A stretch of DNA of 64,000 nt from the human T2T-CHM13v2.0 reference genome, Homo sapiens. A program made the translations under genes and the position numbers. Numbering within the stretch: the stretch's first letter is position 1; the number at the start of each line of letters is the position of its first letter. Positions 26,150-36,690 of the stretch are shown here, in pieces. The stretch lies in NCBI RefSeq assembly GCF_009914755.1, contig NC_060926.1. One strand, written 5' to 3'. A model generated the notes under the pieces. It was not told the origin of the DNA. It did not search any database and saw nothing but the letters and a program-made list of their open reading frames with translations.

Positions 26150-28361
26150 CTTGTGAAGAAAGAAAATAGTTAATAAAGAATATGTAAAGAGATAAATAAA
26201 GTTTCCTAACATATACAGTCATTAGCTTTAGAATTTTAAATACTTTCTCATTGAACAGTGGCAGAAACTTTCAATAAAAAATGGTAATTGTTTATTTCGT
26301 CGTCTCTGGAGTAACAATTTCTTGGCAAGATGGATCATTTAGGTAGCTCACAGCTGTTCACATCTTGAAACTCTGGAAATTTCCCTAGAGTGACTTACAA
26401 ATTTTGTGGAACATTCTGTTGAGAGTGGGGAATATGTTTTAAAAAAAAATACTGTTGGAAAGTCAAAGTTCTTGCTTTCTGATTCCAAAAACTGACTAAC
26501 AAGAAGGAAGTAGCAGTTTCCTCTGGCTTCTAATTTAAGAACACCTGCAGCTTAGAAAAAGAGTTCAGTAAATTAGAATTATGCCCCTTGTGCAAATACA
26601 GATTAAATATGGATTAAGTCCCTAAAGAAATTCAAGTTCATAATTGAGTTGGCTGATTTTATCTTGTAATGAAAAAGAATAGCAAATCATCAACAATGTT
26701 GACAGGAATGAGTTGATTTTGGCTACAATTAGGATTTGTCTAAAACTTAGAATAAATTGTTGATTGAGATAAAACATTTTGGTACTAGAAAAATCTAATT
26801 CTAGTTAATTATTCTTAATTAAATTTGGCTTGCTTTTTTAGAATACTTAAGAGACAAAAACGGTCTAAAAATTATTTCAAAACTTCTCATGAGGTTGAAA
26901 CGCCTTGATGAGTAGTATAAATCAGATCCACATATATTATTTTCCCTACGATATATATAATATTGAGAAAGAAAAAGTTAATGGATTCAGAAATGTTTTT
27001 TGATTATAAAACCCATTATTAAGGCATTCAGAAAATCCCACAGTATGTGGGACCTCCTGTAAGGTAATTACTTGGAAGCTTCTCATAAAATCTTTTGATG
27101 TTTGGGAATTAATCAGGCACTGGAAAAGGAAATTGTAGGTATAGTCAGTTTGAAGATGTCAAGCTCCATCAGCATAGGCTATTTTTGAAGAATATAGAAG
27201 ACTACTGTACATAACAACCTTATGCTGGGGGGGGTATGGATATTGCTAACAGTAGAATCCGGCCAATGTTGATTTTTATTTTTTAATCACAGAACATCTC
27301 TCCATTTTTTTTTGGCTTAACATATGTTGGTATTAGATACTTTTAAATAGAGAGTATTGCCATAAAATCTTAAAATTACCCAAACCAAAAAACTTGTTTA
27401 TATAACCAGTCTAGTCCAAAACACTCATTCTAAATATAAGTAAATATGGGGCCAGAGAAATTAGATGGTCAAAAAAATTCATCCACTAGGTTAGTACTGG
27501 TACTAGAAACAGTATCTCTTAGTTTATATTCTAAAACTTTTTCCCAAAGCCTCTTTCCCATCTTTCAGCAAAGCACTACACACACATAATTGAAAGATAA
27601 GTTAGTACAAACAGACTTCTAGCAAGTAAATAGCCATTCTCCATCCCTCAGACTTCTACATTCAACTGTCTTGTGGCTTCCTTCCATTACTGTCATGTAA
27701 ATATACAATTCCTTTTTATTTCTATTTCTTTGTATGTGACTTATCCCTCCACAGTCTCCTGTTCTTAGGACTTTTCTCTTCGTTACTAGAATTTGAAATT
27801 TCATGTGTGTGCAGAGGGGGTATGTCAGGCGGTTACCCTTTGTTGGGTACAACACACCATTTCAGTGAAGGGAATCTCTGTTATTCTTTTTCTGTAAGAT
27901 GTCTCTCCCCTCTATTTATCTCTGCTATTTTCCAGATCCTTTTGACACTTCAAGGTAGGGCACCTGAACTAATTGCGAAATTTTATCTTTTCTATCTTCT
28001 TTTCCATCCTAATGACCTCTTCTTTCCAAAGCTTAGAGATTTTTTTTTTAACTTTATCTTCTATTTCTTGATTTTAAAAAACCATTTATTTCATTTTAAT
28101 TACCAAGAGTTTCTTTCTTATAACCTAGTGTTATCATTGGCTGATTTCTCTGTGAATACTAATTATAGAAGTTACAACAAACAGGAAAATATTTAGCTCC
28201 ATTTATGTACTTCAATAACATATTTGAATTTTCAATATAAGATTTTTTTATCTAAAAGTTTTTAAAATCATCTTTTGTGGGATTTACTGTTGGGCAAATT
28301 AGGGTTTCTGTTCTATTGTGGCTAGTACATTTTTCCTAGTGTACAGAAATGCTATTGATTT

Positions 28362-29218
28362 TGATACAGGAGTGCTGGGAAGGGACGAGCATGGTCCCTT
28401 TAAATGATACCGAACGGGGGACAGGGAAGTGCTGGGTAGAGCAAGGCCGGTTCCTGGCTAGGGCTTCACCCTCTGGCTTGTGCCCACGAACCTAGGTGAG
28501 GACAGGCACTCCTGCCTTTGGGCCCAAATGTTGCATTTTCCAAAACCACCCTGGCCCACCACACCCCCATCCTGGGCGGATAAAAACTGAGACCCTAGCA
28601 GGCAGATAGATACACAAGCGTCTGGACGTCCAGAGGAGGGGATCAGCGGAAGAAGACACAAGCAGCCGGACATCGAGAGGATGTCGAGGGGAGCATGCCA
28701 GTGGAAGAGCACATGACAGACACTGGCAGGACAGCAGGCCATTGACTGGAGGAACGATGTGGAGTTTAGCGAGATCAGGAGGAGGAGAGCACGGGCCGCT
28801 AAGCAGAGGGACCCCTGGTGCATCTCCCATCTGGCTCCCCCATCTGCTGAGAACTACTTCTACTCAGTAAAACCTCGGACTCATTCTCCAAGCCCTCGCG
28901 TGATCTGGTTCTTCCGGTACACCACGGCAGGAAACCCTGGGATACAGAAATCCCTCCGTCCTTGTGGTAAGTAAGCGGGTCTATGAGCTGGTTAACACAA
29001 GCCTGTAGACGGCAAAACTAAAAGAGCACCCTGTAACACACGCCCACTGGGGCTTCAGGAGCTGTAAACATCCACCTCTAGTCACTGCCGTGGGGTTAGA
29101 GCCCCATGGACTGTTTGTCTGTATGCTCCCCTAGAGGTTTGAGCAGCCGGGCACTGAAGAAGCAAGCCCCTCCCCCATCACATGTCCCTTTCCGGATCTG
29201 GGAACTTTTCCCATTTCA
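28362..29218 (+). mobile_element. Intact ERV1 solo LTR (LTR1/LTR27/LTR28/MER52 group) inserted into an old antisense L1
   Basis: TG...CA termini (tgatacagg...cccatttca), 4-bp TSD attt at 28358-28361 and 29219-29222, GC/CpG-rich, AGTAAA at ~28866; the flanks rejoin as L1 'gaaatgctattgatttt|catatg'. Confidence 0.85.
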
Positions 29219-32174
29219 ATTTCATATGTTCAACTTTCATATAGCAACCTTGCTAAACTCCAGTATTATTTATTTCTAATTGTTGTGCTTCAGATTATCT
29301 TGAATTTTCAATTATGATAAGCATATTATATAACTAAAATATAATGTAATATTTATATCTAATTTCTGTTCCTTGCCTTTTTGCATTAGTTATGAATTAA
29401 GATTGCTTGACTGTTGCATAGCACAGGTAGTGGACTTTAGTGGAAATGTTCTTAAAATTTTAACACAGCGTCATGCTATTGTATGTTTTTGGTTGATATC
29501 CATCCTCATATTATCAGGTATCTTTTTTAGTTTGCTAAAAGTTTTAATCATTAAACAAGCATTAACTTTCATTAAAGGATTTTTCTTTCTCCATTGATAA
29601 TAATAATTTACCTTATAGTATTTTTATTATATTAAACAATAGTTAAATTTGAAATATTTTACATTTACTAAAAATTATTAGTATTACTAGTTTTTCCTTT
29701 TGCCTTAGATTCCAATATGACTTGGTTATTGATCCTGTCTTTTTAAATTCTGATATTTTATTTATCATGGATGTTTGCTATAATTTTAATTTTTTAAACA
29801 TGTTGCATTACCATATTATTTATCTTGGTTACTGAGATTTTTTAATGTTCCCTTAAATGTTGTGCCTGAAGAGATTACCTCACTTGCCTCACTCTAGTCC
29901 CAGCCCTGCTAGTCAGATTACAAGTTTCAGATAGTGTTTACACGAGAAAGATATTTAGGAGTGGACTTGTGAATCAACATGGTCAATCAGACAGTCATAT
30001 CTCTCTAAACAAGATGTTAGGTTCAAAGGTGACCTAAGACATTTGGGTCAATGAGCGTGAAGCCAGGACTTTAACTCAATTCTCTGAGGTAGGAGAATCC
30101 AAAAATTTTTAGAAGACTTTACCCTGAAAAGATGTGGACCTTAAATTCTGAAAGTCATATTGAAACCTTGTGCAACTAGAAAATAAAGGCAGAATATATT
30201 GAGCAGCAGAATCATGAGCCAAAGATAGACTGAGTTTTATTGACCTAATATGCGACCCTGAATCTATCTATACTAAAATCAAATTCCTCTGGTCTTTTCA
30301 GTTTTGTGATTCAAATATATCTCTGTTTTATTTCAAACTGATTGGGCTAGAAATTTTACAATCTGTGGCTGAATTGATGAGGAAATCATATTCATTGTCC
30401 TAATGCTCCATTTTATTTATTATAAGGTTAAAGTCTCTCTCTGTCTCCCTTTTCCTGGTACAATAAATTACCATGCACCTACTATCTAAATATTTCTTAT
30501 ATTTATAAGTACTCTGAGTAATTCTAACCAAGAAACTAGCTATGTGGTTGTAAGTAGTTCAGAAACTGGACCTGCAGGACCAACAAAAGCAAGGTTTTCT
30601 GTTCTACCTAGCAAAATGTGGGGAAAGTGATTAAAGTACATCCCAGCCAAAGTCCCTGAGAAAGCACTTAAAGTCAAAAGTTGGAAACACTAAATAAAAT
30701 TGCTAATTTGCTAAAAACCAGGTAAGAGCAGGAGCCGCTGATGACAGAATCAACCAACAGCCTAGTTAGCTAGTTTAGTGTCATGATTTTTTTTCTTCTG
30801 ATATAGAGATGGGCTAGGCCAAATACAATAGCCAGGATAGGAAGTTATGTAATGTATAGTTATATAACATATATTTAAATATACATGTCTATATTCATAC
30901 AATTGTATATGAAATGAGTGATGAAAATATATATGTAGCAGAGTAAATTTTAAATGTATAGATTGTTAGGACATAGTGTACTAATTTGTTTGACAAATAA
31001 ATTATAATATATGGGTGTGTACTTGCAATTAAAAGGCAGCTATTAACAATTCCAATTTAAGGAAATAAAACCAGAGTGTGGGAACAATCATTTTTGGTCT
31101 TAAGATTTTGTACCGTTATGATAACTAATGAGCATTGAATTCTTTATGTACTAAAATCTTTACGAGTACAACAGCCAGGTTTCATTATTCAGAATAATAT
31201 ATTTTACTTCTTATAATGTAAAAAATATAATCGTTTGAGTGGTTTTCAGCATGATCTGTTAATTTTGAATACAGAGAATGAACAAAGCAGGTAAATATAT
31301 GTATATGCTGAATAATGTAATTCCATATACAATTCACAGTTAGATGCACTTAATTGTGGAAAATAAAGGAAGACAATAACATCAAGATCTTTTTCCAAAA
31401 CACGGTAAAAATAACGTTCACATGCATTAAACATTTCAAGCCATCTCAGTATATGTCTTTCTTGAGTAAGTAGTGAACCAATGGACCAGTGGTTATTGTT
31501 GGAGAAAACAATTAGGCAACTCATCAATGCGCTATTTATACAATCTTAGTGACTATTTACCACTTCACCTAAGTAGACTTTCCCACTCATTTGAAGCTAT
31601 TGCTATCTATAAATAAATGGCAACAGGAAATGTTTCACAAGGGCCTTTGATTTCCAAAACTCTCAAATTCCACAGCAAAGACTCAATTTAAGGCAATTAT
31701 TTATGCACTGAATATTTGAATGAAGATGTATTATTTTCCTTAAGTGAAAAAAGCTGATACTATTTTGTAATGATAAAATTTGTATACCATAGTAGAAAAT
31801 GATTTGCAATTATGTGTTAGGACTTTTCATATTCCATATTGAAACATAGTGATTCTGTAGCTGGCATCAGCTGTACCCTGACTTCACATGAATGGCCTGG
31901 AGGGGATCATATTTTTAAACAGGAAATCAGTGTGAATTAGCTGAGTAATTAACATTCAGTGTACAGTGAGCATTCTTAACTAAATCAAAGTAGTCATGAA
32001 AGAAAGTACTGTTGGTAAATCCAAAAACATACATCAAAATTAAATGGTGAGGTTGAAGGTTGTAGTTAAGTACCAACTAGTGTGAGTTCTGGGAGCATTT
32101 TGAAATGGTGGAGGAATGTACTAAATTTCTGAGGAATTAATACTGATGGGAAGGATGCAGTAAAGAGTAAAAAC

Positions 32175-32485
32175 GGGGGCATTGTGGTTTATACCTGTAA
32201 TCCCAGCACTTTGGGAGGCTGGGGCTGGAAGATTGCTTGAGCCCAGGTGTTCAAGACAAGCCTAGGTAACGTGGTGAAACTCGTCTCTACAAAAATTACA
32301 TAAATTAGCTGGTGTGGTGGCCTGCACCTCTAGTCCCAGCTAGGTGGGAGGTTTCAGTGTCCTGTGATTGCACCACTGCACTCCAGCCTGGGTGACAGAG
32401 TGGGACCCTGTCTAAAAAAAATAACAAAACAAAACAAAATGAAAAAAAAAAAAAAACAAGAAAAAAGAAAAGAAAAAGAAAAAAG
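32175..32485 (+). mobile_element. AluJ inside the TFPI 3'UTR (antisense in the mRNA) with a long A-rich tail
   Basis: Alu match 'gattgcttgagcccagg'; A-rich tail 32414-32490. Confidence 0.9.
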
Positions 32486-32653
32486 TAAAAAGCCTAGGGA
32501 TTGGGTGAACTTTTTCGAAAAAAAAAAAAAAAAGCATAAAGATTTGGAGACTGTTTAGATGTGGTATATGAGGGAAAACAGGAAATCTAAATTGAGTTCA
32601 AAATTTCAATCCTGAAGAACAGGCAGAATTATACTATCATTGTTAGCGAGAAG

Positions 32654-32705
32654 TCATGAAGCTATTCATGAAGCTATTCATGAAGCTAGTCATGAAGCTA
32701 GTCAT
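32654..32705. repeat. 12-bp tandem repeat (TCATGAAGCTAK) x4.3
   Basis: Units at 32654, 32666, 32678, 32690 plus a partial. Confidence 0.95.
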
Positions 32706-32792
32706 ACCAAATGAATGAAATGGTTGTTTCTAAATCAGTTCCAATTCCAGTGTCAGATTTGAGGTGAACACTACAGAAACTGACATGTCTTG

Positions 32793-32822
32793 GAGGTTGT
32801 TGAGGTTGTTGAGGTTGTTGAG
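32793..32822. repeat. 9-bp tandem repeat (GAGGTTGTT) x3.3
   Basis: Directly visible. Confidence 0.95.
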
Positions 32823-33884
32823 ATGCCAGACTGCACATGGCTCAGCAATAAATGAAAGATACAGGTCTGGATATAGTGAATTAACTCCAGCAAAATATTA
32901 AATCCCCAAGAATGACTAGCACATGAATTTTCTAGTAGACTCTTCCCTGCTGATAATTTTCTCTTCAACAGAAATAACCTACTTTTTAAAGCATGAATTA
33001 TTAGTTGCATTGTGTGCAAATCCTAATGATAACTGAATAGATTTCAGAAGGTTTAAATATTTTTGTTATTTTTAGTAAGAAAAAATATTGGGAAGCATAG
33101 TATTAAGAAGTACATATAAATAATTCCCTCTCGATTGCCATAAAACTTCTTGTTTCCATAAAGGTTCTCCTTATCATGAGTTGTATTTAACACACAATTA
33201 TTCAGTCATCTTGACTGATAGAATGGGCTATGGTCAAACAAAAAAAAAAGTGAAACCAATCCAAATCAGGCAGGCACATGATGCAGAGTTGACTGTTCAA
33301 AGACAGTTTAGCTCAATATAGATGGAAGTACTGGTTAGTACAAAAGGAGAAAAACTATGTCTAAGGAGGGAAGCACATAATAGAATTCTATTATTACAAT
33401 AGAATACTATAAATACAAAATTGGATAAACTTTATCAGAAGCAGGTGTTTGTCACCATTTTATATGTGAAACTCAGGAAGTTCTTGATTTTTTAAGAGCT
33501 GTATTCCTTAATCTGGTTACAGGCTATAAAGGAGATAATCATTTACATGATCATATTCTCAAACAGATGGTCACCAAATGGAATCAAAGGACTGATTTGA
33601 TGTAGCCGGTAGTATGATAATTTGTAGTTAAATGAAAATACAGATAGATCCAGAAAATAAGTAATTTCCCAGTAGCCAGTTAATAAATTACAGACCTAGA
33701 ATAAGCAATTTAACAAGATTAGAAAAGCAACTCTGATACAAACGTGTTGATAACAAGTACAATAAGCATAGAAAATTTAATGAACATATTAATTAAAAGC
33801 ATTTTAGAAGAAAAATAGAAAATCATAGTGAAACATTTCATATAAAATATTTAGTAGAATTAATGTTACATTGCTATAACAAAT

Positions 33885-33991
33885 TCACATATTTTTAACA
33901 AAAATTTCTTCATATGCTATTTTCACTCTCTGCTTCTTTCTTTTTCTTTTGGTTTTAATTAGGCCTCCTTTTGATATTCTTTGGATGAAAC
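33885..33991 (-). CDS. TFPI: TFPI-alpha last coding exon: basic C-terminal tail
   Basis: Acceptor CTCTTATAG|; translates (G)FIQRISKGGLIKTKRKRKKQRVKIAYEEIFVKNM*; Val264 allele (GTG at 33924-33926). Confidence 0.98.
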
Positions 33992-34701
33992 CTATAAGAG
34001 GAAGAGGAATAAATTAATGTGTGATAAAATAACACAATGAAATGTTTTATCTAAAATCTTCTCAAAGTAACTTTTAATATTTAAATCCAAAAGATGTTAT
34101 TGATTTAAAAGCCTTTAATTTGTCCATGTATTCGTGTAGAACAATTTATTTTTAAGGACGTTACTTTGCATATATGAGTTAATAAAAATGGATAAGCATG
34201 CCGTTCATTTTTATTATTAGTTCCTCTTCTGTTACAAATCCATGCTTGCTTTATTTTTAAATAGTAGAAATGTGGTTGTATGTGGTTGATTAAGTTACAG
34301 ATAGTTTTTATTTGCATTTTTATACTCTTCTTAGTCTTTTATAAACATGCATTACTTTTATATTCAGAAGACATTAATAAATATGTTAAAATTTTGTGCA
34401 TTACAAGAAAGCTTAAAACAATTTTGGTATAGTCTTTTAAAGTGAATGCTTAGTATTTGAACACTAAAAGAATAACATGTTTAATTTGTTTTAAATTGAT
34501 TCTTTTTCTATGAGGACATTAAAAGAAATTACAGTTACATATCTAGCAATATTATCTAAATGTAATTGAAGAGGACATTTATTAGCTAGATTATACTTTC
34601 TTATAATAAAGATAATTAATTTCATATCTTAATAGATTATCATTTCAATTCAATTGCTATCTTAAACACTAGTCAATTAATGGGAAGAGTATCTTCTATA
34701 C

Positions 34702-34881
34702 CTTTTTTACATGCCCTCAGACATTCTTGTTTGGAAGTAAAATTGTTTTCATTTCCCCCACATCCACTGTACTTAAATGGGCGGCATTTCCCAATGACTG
34801 AATTGTAGTAGAATCTGTTCTCATTGGCACGACACAATCCTCTGTCTGCTGGAGTGAGACACCATGAGGGACCGTGAAATT
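34702..34881 (-). CDS. TFPI: TFPI Kunitz-3 exon (180 nt, phase 1-1)
   Basis: TTTTTAG|...|GTATAG; (E)FHGPSWCLTPADRGLCRANENRFYYNSVIGKCRPFKYSGCGGNENNFTSKQECLRACKK; six-Cys Kunitz pattern. Confidence 0.99.
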
Positions 34882-35206
34882 CTAAAAACAATCAGGAAAA
34901 CATGGTAAGCCATATGTGATAGTGGATTTCAGGTTTTCGTATTGTATATTGTTTATAGATTAATGTTGTTGCATGTGTATGTAAAACAGTAATCTGAATA
35001 AAGGGGTATTTAATAAAATTCGTGCATTTCAATTCTAGGAAAATGCTTAACAAAACCATGTGTCCAGTATATTGAGATCTTTCTCCAATGAATTAAAAAA
35101 TCTCATTTGCTAAAGAGAAGTGTTATGATTACTCTTTATATGAACAAACTATTTGTACATAATAAAAACCACTCTTCAACAATGTAACTGCTGAAAATTT
35201 CTTACA

Positions 35207-35207
<1 letters not shown>

Positions 35208-35239
<32 letters not shown>

Positions 35240-35250
35240 CACACATATAT
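35208..35250. repeat. (CA)n microsatellite
   Basis: Directly visible. Confidence 0.95.
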
Positions 35251-36419
35251 ATTAATTTACATATCATTTGTTCACAAATATTTGGCTTTAAAAAATTCTA
35301 ATGAGCAAAGTTTTTATTTGTGATGTAACAAAAACACTGAAGCTGAGGAAGAGTTACTTCTCTTGACTAAGCACATGCTGACTGATGTAATACAAGCACA
35401 GTTTAAAGTGGAGGAATTCAGGTATGGCAAGTTTTAAGTTTCAAGGAATGAGTCCAGATGAGTTGTTTGTCTTGGTAGCATTTTTTTTTCTCATATTTGA
35501 AGCTTAGTTCTAGATGAGTTAAATGTTTTTGCAAAGGAAGCAAATTGATTTGGATCAGACAGATAAGCTGGTTTGTCAATGGGATCAATCAATGGTTTTC
35601 AAAAACAGAAGAGAAAAATACAATTAGGGTAATAAAAGGAGCACTCATTTGCCAAATCAAAAGAGAAATTAGTTTCAGCTGAATGTTAGTTTTTAGCTCT
35701 CTGGGAATTACTGTCAGTGAGGGGCACCGAGTACTCTTCGGTAGCACAGCTAAACTGCTTGATGTTAATAAACCAGTACTACAGGTAAGTTGTATGGCAA
35801 GGAATCAATACAAGAAAACTTTAATGGCTTTGTCAAATGGTGAGATGTGATACAAGCAAATACAGAGGAGGAAGATTTGCTAAATGTCCAATATTAGCAG
35901 AAAATAGAACTTTGAGGAATCCAGTAGTTAATGAAGGTGAATAGATTGTGCTTTAAGCAAGAAGCAGTCTTTTGGCAAATAAACCCCAGATGAACAGACT
36001 GTAAAAGAAAAGAAATAAAACAAAGTGAGAAAAAAATGAAAAAAAATCTCAAATTGATATAAACATTTTTTACCACCTCCTGCCTTCTAGATATTTAAAT
36101 AAGGACTAGAGTGTCTTGATATAGTAACTCAGGTAATAAAAAATATTCTGGGAAATATGAGAGGGAATGAATACTGTGAGAATAATTTATGAGAAGAAAT
36201 TTGAGACAGGTGATATTTTTGTGCCAAACTATATCAATAAGATATCAGAACTATAATCAAATAAAGAGTATTTAGTTTTACTTAGGTCTTTGACTAGGTA
36301 TATATGCAGTGATTTTAAGAAGACCTTCTAGGATTTGTAAAATGAAAACATCGTTTTAAATCATATGTAGCCCTTTATGTTTTACCTTCTCCTATGTGGG
36401 GATTATAGTGCGTGATTTT

Positions 36420-36690
36420 TAAAATAATTTTTATTGTGTATATTTGAGGTTTACAAAATGATGTTATGGGATACATATAGATAGTAAAATAGTTGCTGTA
36501 GTGAAGCAGATTAACATACCCATCTTCTCACAGTTACATTTTTGTGTGTGTGACAAGGGTAGCTAAAATCTACTTATATAACAGAAATCCCTAACACAAT
36601 ACTGTTTTACTAACTGTCATCTTCATGTTGTACATTAGATCTCTAGGCTTATTTATCCTACATGCCTGTATTTTGTATCCTTTGACATGA
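36420..36690 (-). mobile_element. L1MA 3'-end fragment
   Basis: 'catgttgtacattagatctctagg', 'gtatcctttgac' antisense L1MA 3'UTR motifs. Confidence 0.75.

Larger units (their letters stand above)
31180..33884 (-). other. TFPI: TFPI-alpha 3'UTR (long form); distal end approximate
   Basis: Follows the TGA stop at 33885; TFPI has known ~1.4 and ~4 kb mRNAs; candidate variant polyA hexamer AGTAAA at 31203-31208. Confidence 0.65.

Noticed and set aside
28458-28974. Three overlapping ORFs of 71-121 aa
   Set aside because: A by-product of the GC-rich LTR, which has few stop codons
33480-33520. Proximal TFPI-alpha polyA site for the short mRNA
   Set aside because: Expected roughly here from the known transcript size, but no canonical hexamer is visible, so it was not called
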